A stretch of DNA of 64,000 nucleotides from Takakia lepidozioides. Lineage: Eukaryota; Plantae; Bryophyta. The notes under the pieces were generated by a model. It saw nothing but the letters and a program-made list of their open reading frames with translations. It was not told where the DNA came from and made no database searches. The position numbers and the translations under genes were made by a program. Below, piece by piece: positions 49,001 through 62,597 of the stretch. Each line of letters starts with the position of its first letter. Positions within the stretch are counted from its first letter, which is position 1. The stretch is taken from the NCBI GenBank assembly GCA_030704615.1, contig CM060732.1, forward strand, positions 13,330,001 to 13,394,000, in the 5' to 3' direction.

Positions 49001-52000
49001 ATACCAGGTTGATACCTTGGCCAATGAGAGGAGAGCAGCTGAGTAGGGGATCCATCTCAGGATGTAATATTTTGGAACCCATGTTAGTAGGTCAGAGTGT
49101 GGTCCAGGACACCAATAGAAGTTCCATCCATGATTTGGATGCTTGTTTTCACAGGTGATGCATTTCATGAAGGTGGGGGTGCTGAAGTGCTTGAGCTCCC
49201 ACCAGTGGAGATTGCTACCCTCCCTCAGATTGTTAAGGTTGGCACCAAACTCCAAGCTTTCATGGCCAATTGGATTGTGTCTGTGGTGAGTGTTAGTTGT
49301 CAGTAGTACAATGCTCTAGGTCTTAAGTAGCTGAAGTAAGCTTGTGTGACCATGGTTGTTCCTTGTGGTTTCTACAAAATAAATCTTCAGCCATTGATAT
49401 ATTCGCCAAAGCCAGAGCTACTTGGACCAGGTCATACTGCCCCAATTGTTGACTGTAACAGTCTTGTCAAGGAAAGCTTGAGCACTCTCTTTATGGTGTC
49501 TGGGAGCATTAGTCATTTTGTGGGTTTTGGTTAACTGCAACTTCCTCTAGTATGAATGCTGTGTGAGCTTGCCTACCCTGCGAGAATCCCAGGGTGTGAA
49601 AGGTGCGGTGCCTGCGATTGTCGGTCTGCAATATGGACCTCTTCACCTCGCAGCAACTGAGGCTCTCAGTAGAAGGGGTTTACAGTATACCACACATCAA
49701 GCAGGTGCTACCTGTTGTTTAAAAATCCCTTGAGCCTGAACTTAAGCAAACTGGCACACGATTTTACTTGCTGATGTTCAGGGCTTTTCCTTGGCTGGGT
49801 TTGCATCGCCCTGTTCCTAGTGGTGGTCAAAGAACTATTCGTACTCAGGTTAACTGTCTATGGGTGATAATAATTGTACCCCTTCACCGGTTCAGTCAGG
49901 GGGTCTCTATGGAGCTTTCCTTAGAAGTGCTCGCTGGCTGGGCAGCAGATCTAAACCTTATTGTTAACTGCTAAAATCTTGTAGCAGTGGCAAAGACCAA
50001 CACTCCAATGTGTCCATCTCCAATGATGCCATGTAGTGTAAGGTTGTTTGTAGAGCATGGTATCTTCTGTCTCAATTTGGTGCTTTGTTTGCCATAGCCT
50101 TGTGGCCATAGACGTGGCGCCCGGTTTGGTTTGTGTGTGTGTGTTTGTGTGTGTGTGTGAGAGAGAGAGAGAGAGCAATAGAGTGTACAAAGTAATTCAA
50201 CACTTAATTCCTGTTTCATCTTACTGACTGTTTGTCACATGTTGCAGACTATTGCAGAAGTGATGCCCTTCAATCGAGACAGGGTTGCTTCCCTGGTTGT
50301 CCGTGAAGTAAGTATCTGCATAATGTAGGCCCTTTCTGATACATGTTTATTGAAAGTTCGTCCATGTTATTGACTCAATTTTATATTTCCTTGACGAAAT
50401 CCATGAAGAAGCCACAAACTCAATCTGGCAGGGGAAGTAGTGTTTGATTGTGTCAATGCTGATGGATCTCTAGTTCTTTCATTGCTATCAAACTGGCAAA
50501 TGTCATAGTTCGCAGAGTTACTGGGGAAAGCATTAATCTAACTACTGCATCACTAATGTATTTAAGCAACATCGGTTCTTCAAACTGGAGTGGGATTGAA
50601 TCAGGTGGCAATCTATTATTATTCTCAAAACGATTGTGCCATGTTCTGGTTGTCACTATGCACTGTTTCTCTGTTGTTGTTTGTGTAGCAAAGTACTGCC
50701 TGAATGAGGGAAGCCCCAGATGTCTTCTGGTCACCAAATCTGACTAATTTGGTATCTGGCCTTTCCCAGCAAAATTACATCCGGAAGCTGGTGGAGCTAT
50801 TTTGCACTTGTGAAGACCTGGAGAACATAGACAGTCTACACATGATGTTCAAAATAGTTAAGGGGATCAGTAAGTCTGCCACTTACATTACACCATTTAC
50901 ACTCATTGTCACATGCATATGAAAGTTTAAGTGTGTAGATGATTAAACTTGAAGAAAATCTGGAGTGATAAATTATTTTCTCCCTCTCTGGTGGTATTGT
51001 AGTACTTCAAACAGATGGCTGGTGTGCACAAGATTTTTTCAGACCAGAATGGTAGTGCAGTGCACAGCAGACTTCTGTTTCTTGTCCTTGATTGGGTGTT
51101 GTGTCCTAAGTGTCAATTGGCTTGCTCGAGATGTCATAAACCCTCCCATTCATGTACCAGCTACTTTTTTGGAAGGGTCTGTCTGTAGTGGTATATTTTC
51201 ATGACGGGAAGGCAGCTGGCCTAGCCAATATACTCAGCTATTGTGTGACCAATGTGTTGCTATGATTTCTATGTCTTACTGGAGGAAGCCTTTTCTTAGC
51301 TCTTTCTGGTATACCAGCCAGTGGGAAGATGTTCAATGAGGATGGATGCCCATTCTGGTGAATGTTCTTTTGTATCCTACTTGGTGTTTTTCTGTGTCTT
51401 AGCTCGGGGGCACCTGCTGGCGATGGTAGTACTTTTGTGCTTAATTTCTTGGCTTTAGCTTGGAATGCTCAACTGACACTCATCATTTGCCGCTTTTTGG
51501 CAGTCTCGCTGAATGACGGCCATATTTTTGACATCATATTCAGTGACACGTATATCATGGACATTGTCGGAGCTCTGGAATGTATGCTCAAGATTTGTCT
51601 TTCCTATCCATGTGCCCTGTTTTTACACTGTTGTCTTGAAAATCTATATACCGAACCTCATTGCAGCTTGTTTTGTGCAAACAAAGTCTGCTTAGTTGGT
51701 AGGGAGTCCTTTGTGAACTGATGCAGCTGTATTGGAGATACTTGGATGCATATTGCATTGTTGGCTTTCCTTGTGCCATGTGGGATTTACAAGTTTTGGT
51801 TTACCTTTTCAGATGACCCAGACTTGTCTTGTCGCCAAGATCACAGGACATATTTGAGAGAGCAAGTTGTTTTCAAAGAGGTATTTGTTTTTTATTTGTC
51901 CCTTCTCACGCACATTTGCTGCAACTGGTATGTATGCCACAGCAATTGATGATGTAATTTTGGAGAAATAATGACGAAAAGAATTGGTGTCGTACTATTT

Positions 52001-55000
52001 CTACTCTGTCAGTAGTGTTGGGTATCAGCACCTGTATTCTTTCATGCTTTCGCAACCTGTAAGAAGTGCTCTTATTTGCATCTGCAGGCTGTTCCGATCC
52101 ATGACCCAGCAATTCTGTCAAAGATCCATCAAACATATCGCATTGGATATATCAAGGTACTTTTCTTACTTTTGGCAACACTGAGATTCAGTTGGTTGTA
52201 GCATTTCCCACAACAGTGGCTAAAACTCTGTCTGGCTGGCTGGCTGTGCCTAGTCTTTGGTTTTGGTCCTTGATATGAAATTAGGAGATTTTCATTTGGA
52301 ATCAGTGAAACTTCTAGGTCTCAATCTTGCAGTTGGTTGTAGCATTTCCCACAACAGTGGCTAAAACTCTGTCTGGCTGGCTGGCTGTGCCTAGTCTTTG
52401 GTTTTGGTCCTTGATATGAAATTAGGAGATTTCCATTTGGAATCAGTTTTGAGAAACTTCTAGGTTTCAATCTTGGATACCTGTGCGCTGGCACAAGGAG
52501 TAAGCTTTCCATTGTATTTAGGATTGACGACTGTGTCTGGCAGGATGTAATATTACCAAGAGTGCTGGATGACCAGACATTTGCTACTATCAACTCCATC
52601 ATGCTCTTCAACAATGTGGCAGTGAGTATCTCTTTGAAGTAAACCTGACATCCTTGCATTGAGTCAGGTTGGGGAGACCTGTTCTTGTGCTTCTCTGCTT
52701 AACAGTGTGCTGAGCTGATAGATTAAGAAGGATAACCTCAGCTCTGATAAGTGCCTTGACTGCTGGGTGCTGTAGTGATATGTCGATTCCCTTGGCAGCG
52801 TTAGTAGCATCAGTGTCATTGTTGTGGCTCATTTGCAATATGCTTTACTGTGACTGGCAAGTGTTTGATGAAGGACGCCATCAAATGGTTTCCAGAAAAT
52901 GAAACTCAGCTCTAGGAGTGAGGGTATTCCCCATCTCTCAAGCAGTGGCGAAGTGGTTTCTTTTGTTGTTATTGAGATTTTGGTGTTTGGTGTGGCTCTG
53001 TTTATAAGTTTTATCATATTCTTCATTTGGTAGGTGGTGTCCGCTCTTCAAAACAACAGTTCATTTTTGTCAGAGTTGTTCTTCAAGCTTCGGTCACCTG
53101 ATACACCTGAGCAAAGCCGACGAGAACTGGTAAGCCTCAAATTTCTTGCTGGCTTCCTCACATTTTAAAAGTGTGCAGTCCTGAGTAAAGTAACTAGTAA
53201 GTACAGTACCTAGTAACTACTTAGTAAAGAGTGTTATCCTGTTCAAGTGAGTGTTGACCTTTAAACTGATCAATATATAACCAGCAAAAATGTGGCCTGC
53301 TTTGTGAATTGGTTAGTTTGATGAAACAATTCAAGTAAATCAATGTTTGTTGCTGGTGGTTGATTGCATAACAGGTGTTCTTCATCCAGGAGTTTTGCAA
53401 TTTGAGTAAACATCTACAGCCTGCCCTTCGGAGTCAGCTCTTTGGGTATGTTTTTTGTGGCGTTTTTATGTGTACCAGATAGTAGTTCAGTTGGTTAAAG
53501 TACTCCATTTCATGTTAGGTTCATGTGTGTTATTCATTTTGTTACTTGCATAGATGATGTTATTCACTTTGTTTTATTTTCTCAATATTCGACATTCAAC
53601 TTGACTCTGGTTCTCAACTTCAGTTGTTCCTCAAGCAAGCATCTACACATTGCTGTTAGTATTACCTCTTTGCTGATGGATACCAGTCCTGTTGGTTTGG
53701 CAGCGGTTTGGTTAAAGAGGGTTTATTTGACATTGTCACAAGCATTCTTAAAAACTCCGATGAAAGTGTTCGGCTCAGCGGGTATTGCCTTTTTTGTTCA
53801 CTTGTTTTCTTTGGTTCTGAATGTTTTTGGTGGGAAACCTACTTAAATAATTTGGTGTTATGATTTGTGCTGTGGACTGGGGAAATTTGCACTCAATCAG
53901 CCAGTTGAACTTGGTTGAGGATGAAATTGCACACACGAATTAAAATGGTGGTTGAAGTTAGCTCTTCAACAGCCAATGACGGACATAAAATTCTTATCAG
54001 TGACAGACTGTTTCTTTTGCCTGGACTTAAATAGTACATGCCTAGCTGTCTTTACCTGCTTGTGTAACACTCCCCCAAGTAGTGGGTTGTGCCAGTGTTG
54101 AATTTGTGAGAGTGGAGAGCATGAAAGGTAAGTTTTAACGAGGGTATAGCAACTCATTATGGCAAGAAGCTTACCCTGATGTTATCTAGTCGTCAGGATA
54201 TGTGCAGATTGTTTCTCATATGAAGGTGGTGGGTTGAGCGGTTGGCAGATGTGACATTTTGATAGTGGTGTTGAACCATGACCCAGTCCTGCTGCGTACT
54301 TTCTTGGTCCACCAGCCACAGCATGCTCTCTTCAGTGAACTGGTACAGGCAGTGATGTGTATAAGTTGAATGTATATGTTCTAGGCAGGAATATGAACAC
54401 TCCAGTGGCGTAGGGAATGGGGAAAGGGGCAGAGTGAAGGTTGTTGACAGCAGTAATATGATGAAGGAACCCAAGGAAGAGGATGATTGTGGAGTGTTAT
54501 TGGGAAGCAGGGGGCAGTTACAGGGCAGCTTTGGTGGGTTCAGGGGGTGGGATATGGCAATTAGATTCCTGGCGTAGGATTATAGTGTAATGAAGTGCTG
54601 GAAACATGCAGGTGGGAGGGATGTTGACGCATAGTGAAGGTGGATTGCAAGCACAGTTACTGGAGATAATGCGCGTGCTGTTGGACTCGGACACCATGGA
54701 TGCGGTATTCTTTTGTTGTTTGATTCCAAACCTTGATTGCAGAGTTACTTGTACATTTCATTGATTTAATAAGACATCAGCTCATCACAACCTGATCATG
54801 TTAAGGCCAAAAGGAAAGGTAATACTCGTGAAACACTTTGGCCAGCAGTCACAAACCAACTACAAAGTGAGCAAAACCTGTAAATTCATTATAGTCTTCT
54901 GGAATGGTAAAATCTGAGACAAGCAATTATCCTCTCAGGAAATACTAAAGCAATAAACTTTTGCCACGAAGCTTTCCTTCTTTCAGATCGTGCTGACCGC

Positions 55001-58000
55001 TTTTTAAAGAGCTTGGGTGGTAAAGAGTGAAAGACGAGAGAGAATGAGTCAGTAACTGCGAGGAGGTGGAAGGCACCCAGACTAGTAAATAGGCTCTGTT
55101 GAAGGCTCTGGTAGGTGATGCATCAGTGATTGGATGCCCACTAATCATGATTCTTGGTTTATGGCTGTACAGCCCCAGATCGACAAAAGCACATTTCTGG
55201 ATGTGTTTTATGAAAAGTACATGGACCAGATGATTGAAGTGCTCACTGCCGGATGCCCTCCGAAATCAGGCTGCACAGAAGCACCCAAAGAGTCTTCAGT
55301 TTGTCTTGGAAAAGGTGCCCTGAGACCAAGTACTCGGATCTCACCTGAAATTCTTGGGAACATCTGCGAGCTGTTGTGTTTCTGTGTGCAGCATCATCGC
55401 TTTAGAATAAAGTAAGTCACATCTGACTAAACGTTTCTTGGCTGTGTGGCTGAAACTTTGACTGTGAATGAGTGATTGACAATGATAAGAACGTTTCAGG
55501 TTTATCGATTTGCAGTGTGTCAAATTGCTATGCAGCTCTAAGATTGATCCTCTACCAGTTCAGGGGCTACTGGAAATCCTAGTACCTGCCAGTGAAGCCT
55601 AGACCATCAAAATGTTGACATGCACTGGTACTCTCCAATTCCGTACCTGCTGGTTGTCATCATGGTGTCAACCTTGAGACTGACACTCCATGGTATAGTT
55701 GGAATCAGGGGTTTTAGCATATATCTCACTCTTGTGTCAATGGCGATTAAGAGTTGGCCACGAATTTGTGGTCAACTATCACCTCAGAAGCTTCATGATT
55801 GGGGTAGAAACTATCTTGGCAGGAAGTGTTGTCCTGGTTGTTAGTCATTTTGTCCACAAATTTGTGGGTAGCTTCTCACTCAGGTGTAACTATTCACCAG
55901 ACCTGCCAGCCTCTGACCCAGCACGTCTTCACATTGTACTGGAAATCGATTTAGATTCCTTTGACAACCATATACATCTGATACAGGACTAGGTGCTTAC
56001 CAAATTATAGGGGATTTAATTGTGCATAAGACATGATCACCCTTCCATTGCCAAAAGGATAATGGCTTAGTGGGACAGATAAGCTTGCAAGCAAAGGAAC
56101 CTGCATGCAAGATCCAGAGCTTGACTTTGTCAGTACGCTCTTTTGTCCTGCTTCATGTTCTATATTGTTCGAATATCTGTGAAGTTGTTTTCAAAGGATT
56201 ACACCTGGATCTCAAACAAAATTTGTATGGTGACTGACACTCGAGCTTCTGGTCACGTCTGACTTGCATGGGGACAGCTGTTTTCACTCTTTTCTGTACT
56301 TCCACCCACAGAGAGTTGATGTTCTATTCTGCTTTGTTGACCCTACATGTACAGGTATTATGTCATGCGCAACAATGTGGCAGAGAAGATTATGCGGTTG
56401 ACACGGAGGAGGGAGAAGTATTTGGTGGTGGCAGCTGTCCGATTCTTACGCACATGCATTGCCCTGAAGGTTGGTTTCTTTCAACAGGTTCATTTGCTAT
56501 GAGGTTTGCCTATTTGACGGACATTAACATGAATAGTTATTCACCCAGAGTAAATGAAAACATCAAGTGCCTCTTTGGACTTTCAAGCACTTAAGTTGCT
56601 TCAGAGCTTCTTTAACATGCATCCGTCGATTCATGTTCTTGTTCGTCGGGGTTGCAGGATGAATTCTACTTCCGCCATTTAGTGAAGCACAATTTGTTTG
56701 AGCCAGTAATTCAGGCGTTCTTGGCAAACGGGAATCGCTATAATCTTCTGAACTCAGCTGTTTTGGAGCTTATTGATTTCATCCGCAAAGTAAATTGCTC
56801 CTTCTACCGCTCTCTTATTTTCACTCCCTTTTATACATACTGAATGTTTTACTTGCTTATGTTGTCAGGGTACAGTACAATTTACTGCTGACATTCACCA
56901 ACTTCTTATGACCAACTGGATGTAACTTCAGCTAGCTTTATGCTATCTAAGTAGATTTATCAATGGGGACCACATCTCAGTGCCTTCTTGGTGCTTGAAG
57001 TCAGTTTTTACTGGGTTGTTGTTAGCTCCCCTCTGCATGAGAAGGTGTTTAGAGCTGGAAACCAGCAACCACTGGTCACCAAGCTTTGGTAGGAGAGTCA
57101 TGCTTTGGTGTTTAGCATTAATACTCTCCAGTTATTCGTCTCGTCTGTGTCCAGCTGCTACACTGCCTGCCTGGAATTTCTAAAAACTCCACATCTATTT
57201 GAGGTTTAGACTGGATCCCATGTCCTGTCTGGTTTAACTTGGTGGTGAGTACCTTGGAGGACCTGACTCGTGGTTTTTCAGCAACCTGTGGGAGGTCCTT
57301 TGGGTATCTTAAAAGTTATTGATCATGTTGTAGAGGCGAGAGAATTTGGAAAACATGGAATCTTCTTGCTAACTGTGGTCATTGCATTACAACAGGAGGG
57401 TATCAAGAGTCTTATTGTGCATTTGGTTGAGAACTTCGCTTCAAAACTGGAGGGTATAAACTATGTTGGCACCTTTCAGTCCTTAAAGTTGAAGTATGAC
57501 CAGGTAAGAATTCTTTGCTACCTCAGCTGGAAACTTGCTGGATTTCAGCTCCTTTTGGAGAGGAATACACTGGAGTAAATTTAGCAAGATTTTTAAAATG
57601 TGATTAGGTCTGTGGATTGACTTGTATCAGGGTTAGTAGTTTCCATAGTTTTGTGGAAGAGTTGGTATAGTTTACTCAACTACCACGTTGAATGTAGTGT
57701 CTGCATTGAAGAGAAGATTTACCAGCACGTTGACAAGGATCTTATATTCTTGCGGTAGTCTAAATGAGAAAGTAGCCTAGTTTCAGGCTGTGCCAGAAAT
57801 CACATCAACTCTGTGTACAACCCAGATGGGAGAGTGCTAGTTAAAGATGCGTGTTGGGTTGGTGTAGGGTGGTGAAAGCGTTTGTCCTATTTTAGTTCCC
57901 ATTACTGCTTATGCTGGCAAAACCAATGGACTTGTGCAGACCTCACCCATACTGGATTTAACTCACAGTTTGTCAGCATTTGTCTGTGCAGTCATTGGAG

Positions 58001-60108
58001 GGACCTCCGATGATCTCACGGGAGGTGGGAGGGGTTGTCAGCAGTGGGGGCCCGGACCACGCATCACTGCGTATGCGTGATAGGCTCAACCACTTGGGTA
58101 CTATCCCTGACACTAGGAAACGCAAGGATGAGCGTGCTCTTGACAAAGATGAGGAGGACTATTTCAATGAGGACAGGTATATGCCCGATTTGCTAGCTAA
58201 TACATTTAAGATTCCCACCAAGTTATGTGGCTCTTTTTGTGCAAACGCACACTGCCCCCGTTTGAAACTGGCAAGCGTAACAGATAAGTCAGGTACTAAG
58301 TGAAGCACAAGAAAAAAAACTTGGTTTGTGCATGGCCTCACAGTATATGAGAATGCACATGTTTGGAATAAACTGTCTGCTGGACCACTTTCTTCTAAAA
58401 GTGTTGTCGTCCTGACAACCACACGAGTTGCTGATAGTCATAGGTACAATGCCATCCAGAATTGGGAATCGTTGATTCTGGAACCTTCATTTCCAGTCAG
58501 TAATCTCGATGTTGGTTATATCTTTACAGTGACGATGAGGAGGACACAGCAACTGCTAGAGTGAGCACATCTTCAAGCCCACAAGCTATGCCTGCAGTTA
58601 CCATCAATGGTAGTGTGTTGGGGGATGTGACATTAAGGTCAATGTCTTCTCCTCTCACTTGCTCACTCTTCCATGTGCAGGCATGATTGGTGGGACTCAG
58701 TGTACAACTACTTTTCAGATCATAAGCATAACCATATAGATATCTGCCCTCCTTTGCTTTTTTCACCTTACTCTCCCTCTTGTTTGGATTTTGATTGATT
58801 TTGTTTATTAATCGCTACTGCCATTTGATGGGATTTCTTGATCATTTATACTCCCGTAGATTGTACCCTTGAGTGATAGATCTCTCATTGTTGCAAGAGA
58901 TTAAAAGAAATCTGCTTGTATTTTTATTACTCGCGACAGCATTTCTACAAGCTAACATGCCTTTCTCAGTTAGTTACTCCTTCTATTTATGCCTCCCACA
59001 CACCTCAACTCTGGGAGCCCTATTATCTATCAAGTTGTATTAAAATGGGGTGGGGGACGTGGCAGGTAAAAAAGAGAATTAACGGTGGATTGTATGCAGG
59101 GGAAGCTCCTTTGGGTTGGTGGATTATGAAGATGAAGATGGGGACATTCCCATTGGGTTGGGCAGCAATGGGAAGGAGGGAAGTGGGATGTTTGGGAGAA
59201 AGACCGATGTTTTACTTCCTACTCTTCCTATCACAGATCCAATCTGGTCCGAAATGGAAGATGTCACTGTCTCCAAGCGCAAAGCACCTCCTCCAGCGGC
59301 TATTACTGAGGGCAATACTGCTTCTCCAAAGAGACACAAACCAGAAGAGGGACAGGCAAACGAACAATCCAATGATTGGATGGGTGTCAGGGGGCTTGAA
59401 GACTTGCGGGGGGCTGGATCTCCTATGACAACAGCCAAGCTGCCTGAGTTGTCACAAGATCTGTCAGTATCCCCTAGTCGAGCCACTGCACAGAATGCAT
59501 ACGATGACAAAGAGAACAAGGCGTCTATGATAACTGAGGAGGAAGTTTTTGATCGACAAAGCCTCAATTCAGCTTCTACTTTGGTTTTGAGTTCAGTTCC
59601 GAGCATGGTTATGGAGGTACCTGGTAGCAGACCAGACGTAGTTTCTAATATTGGATCTCCTGGTGGAGGCCTGGATACTTCTGGCAGGACAGTTTCTGAT
59701 GCAGCTCCCAGTAACATGTCGGGGGCATCTAGTGGTCAGTGCATCACAGGTGCAGGCGTTGGTCCTAGTAACTACTTGGACACTGCTTCGAGTATAGTTC
59801 CCAGTGAAATTTCGGAGGTCCACACTGGCCTCTGTGAGGCGTTTAGTAAAGGAGGGGGCGTGGATTGCAAGGCTGCAGTTAGGGCTGCAACTGAGAATGG
59901 ATCAGGAAGTTATTTGGCCAACAGTTGCAATGGGGTTTCTGAATCTTCAGAGCGGGTAGGGGTTGGGACTCCTAGCAGCAAAGGCAACAGTGGTAATTCA
60001 ACCCACAGCGTAAGCATAGTTAGTGAAGGGAATAAATTATCTAACTTAGGGTCAGACCTTATGAGGGCTCTCACTCCAACATCACCAGGACCTTACACTG
60101 TGCAATAG
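43064..60108 (+). CDS. PP4R3: Serine/threonine-protein phosphatase 4 regulatory subunit 3 (SMEK/PSY2-like), about 1099 aa
   Basis: 25 exons: 43064-43120, 45472-45552, 46072-46171, 46871-46955, 47644-47693, 48768-48830, 49155-49237, 50248-50307, 50770-50869, 51504-51581, 51813-51880, 52088-52156, 52544-52621, 53034-53129, 53375-53445, 53704-53781, 54249-54342, 54612-54704, 55173-55411, 56355-56469, 56658-56789, 57396-57503, 57992-58176, 58530-58637, 59100-60108 (3300 nt). EVH1 motifs [17 protein letters not shown] and [11 protein letters not shown]; [18 protein letters not shown]; ICELLCFCV; [12 protein letters not shown]; EEDYFNED; GLVDYEDED; long disordered tail. Confidence 0.93.
44340..44791. 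mobile_element. Probable solo LTR in PP4R3 intron 1
   Basis: TGTAAC...GTGACA ends with imperfect 5-bp TSD CATTG/CATTT. A related partial copy lies at about 47835-48080 (shared TCTGAGCAAGT, TCTCTTGCTGCTTGCCAAGGA, GTACTCC..GAGGTCTC..CCTTGCTCT.AAGA.TATCCAGG). Confidence 0.6.
46415..46580. repeat. Intronic fold-back (MITE-like hairpin)
   Basis: Left arm GTAGC..TGCGAG..GGGTACC.GTCGTAATTTGGGGGCCT pairs with right arm AGGCCCCCAATTATGAC..GGTAACCC..CTCGCA..GCTAC. Confidence 0.65.
52189..52475. repeat. Near-perfect intronic tandem duplication of about 140 bp
   Basis: CAGTTGGTTGTAGCATTTCCC..ACAGTGGCTAAAACTCTGTCTGGCTGGCTGGCTGTGCCTAGTCTTTGG...GAAACTTCTAGG occurs twice (about 52189 and about 52330). Confidence 0.9.
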
Positions 60109-61483
60109 TATTCTCATTTTGTGCCAGCACTGATATATAGTCTTTCTTGAGTCTTCCGATTTTCTGGTCTCTTATTCTCTTCGAAGAAGTGAACAGGTCA
60201 CATATATCTCTCCTTTGTCTCTCTTTCCCTCTCTCCCACTCTCATGCACATGTTTACTCCAGAAAACTCTTTGGGATGGGGGGAATAGATTATTGAGTCT
60301 CAAATTGAGGGCCCTGATTTGGGACACGTCTTTCTTCTTGAGGAGTGATAGGAGTGGTAACATGGACGGGCGTTGCACTCAATGTCTCTGAGAGCCCTGA
60401 TCGGGCAATTGTTATTTGTAATATCACAATGGTAAAAGGTGTTGATGGTTAGTCAAATCTGGACACTTTGTGCATTCGACGAGGTAGGGTGGTTGTTTCT
60501 TCTCTCCCTTTTAATTGAACTAGTTCCTTTTTGACATTCTTGCAAATGTCTCTTCCTGTACTTGCATACAAGGAGTTATACTCGGACATGTACAAGGGTA
60601 AGTGATTGTTTATGTAGTTTCCTTAGACAAATTTTTGATGACTGAGGAATCCAGAGAATGACATAGCTCCAGACAGTGAGCGCTTGTCTGCAGGGTAGAA
60701 TTGAAGTTAGAAGACAATGGGGGTTGTTGTGATTCACATCTTGTGGTTCAAGTGCCATCTGGCTCTTGCAAGCAACAGGTTGCCTATGTCTTTGCAAGAT
60801 ATGGATCACATTCATGCTCATGCAAACACAGATCACTAATCCCAACTCTCCACTAAAACCTCTCAACCCTTAAATCCCCAAGCCCTTTTTGCAATAGTGC
60901 AAAATACTGAACAGGAAGGGCTATGTCTAGTAGAAGATTTAAACTAATTTAAACCCAGCGTTGGTTTTCTTATCAAAAATCCTTAAACACAAGTTTCAGC
61001 TGAAAAGCTGCTCACACCTACTCACAAATTGGTAGGTTCCATGGATTTAGCCTGTAGAAAAACCGATGGTCCGGAGAGGTCAGCTCTCATTTGCCCAAGA
61101 TTCTCCTCTAAACCTCAACTTGACCCTCTCCAACAGAGGGTGGTTAGAGAAACTGTACGCATATACTATAGAGAAAATGTAACACATAGATACTTAACAT
61201 CATGTCAGATACAAAAGAAGAATCTTTCAAAAATCACATTAGAGAAGGAACACTTGCATAGAGTTTGAAACCGGAATCTAACACTTAAAAAGCGTTTGAA
61301 TGATCCCCATGTTAAGTAAAACTAAAGAGCTAACAGGCTTAATGCATATATGTTGTGGTCTGATGGCCTTTCATCCTAATGTGCCCACTATGGTCCCTCC
61401 CTGGTCTATCTCACTATGGTCCCTCCATCATATATCCCTCTATGGTGCCATTCCCATCATCCCTCCTGATCTCCAGAAATGGT

Positions 61484-61527
61484 CATATATATATATATAT
61501 ATATATACATATACACACACACACACA
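61484..61527. repeat. (TA)n/(CA)n microsatellite
   Basis: Visible directly in the sequence. Confidence 0.85.
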
Positions 61528-62597
61528 TTAGCGTTTTCATATACGCATATCACCTTGGCTTTGGTTAACAAGCAGTGGATAAGTAGATGTACTAACCAAT
61601 TGAATGTGAGTCCAAGAATGATTTCTTGGTATACTCACAATGACATTGTAATGTAGTCATGTGATTTGTTAAAATTTTATGGTTGAGCCATTGTACATTA
61701 TGTATATATATAATATTGTATGAGGCAAAACTCCAAAGTTTAGGAGCTTGAGGACCAATTCTGTTGTTTATGTTCAAATTATTGTTTTAATGGGTAATAT
61801 CCTACAATTTTGGACCATTGTAGATCCCTAAAATTGTCCGTTTCAAGGGCTCAATAAACCATTTAATCCTCTAAATGTACATTATTAACTTTGAAGAGGC
61901 TGAGTTGAATGATTGGGCAATTTAACCTTTAGTTTTCCAACTACAAACAGAAATTTGAAGGGTGCAAACTTTATCCCATTTCTACATTTACATTAGAACT
62001 TTTTAATATAAAAAGTTCAGTTAGGTATTTTTATCTTTTAAGCTATTGCCCAGTTAACAAGCTGAAATTGACCAATGAAGCTCCATTGCCCATTTCAAAT
62101 GCTCAAATAAACCATGTAATCAGGCTACATTCCATTATTAACTTCAAGCTTGTCACATGGTCAAAACACTATTTTAATTAATTCTGGACTTTTGGCTTAA
62201 ATCTGGACTAAACTTAATATATATTTGTATTAAAATTAATTGAAATATGAATAATATCATGGTGTAATGTGTGATTGAACTTTGTGAAATTTCAGGTGAT
62301 GTCATACTTGTTTCAAAATGTGTCATATAAGAGGTCCATTTGACATTGAAGTGCTCAATGTGAAGTAGCAGTATTGAACAATTCATTGAACGTCCACTTG
62401 GAAGTCGAATAAAGTAAAATTCCATTGCAGGATCATGATAAACAAATGGGTCGCATCAAACATGGGCCAAACTCGTACTCTACCATACTCGATACAACTT
62501 GCTAGTAATTTTATTGATTCAAGAATCTTCATATGAAGCACAATATTCACATACCACGTCATTGGAATGAATCATGTTTTGGATCTGACAAGGCAGT

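Noticed and set aside
54684-54700. Reverse PBS-like GGACTCGGACACCATG suggesting a TRIM
   Set aside because: It lies in a PP4R3 coding exon (LLDSDTMDA, 54612-54704).
59124-59717. 197-aa antisense ORF
   Set aside because: Shadow of the last PP4R3 exon.
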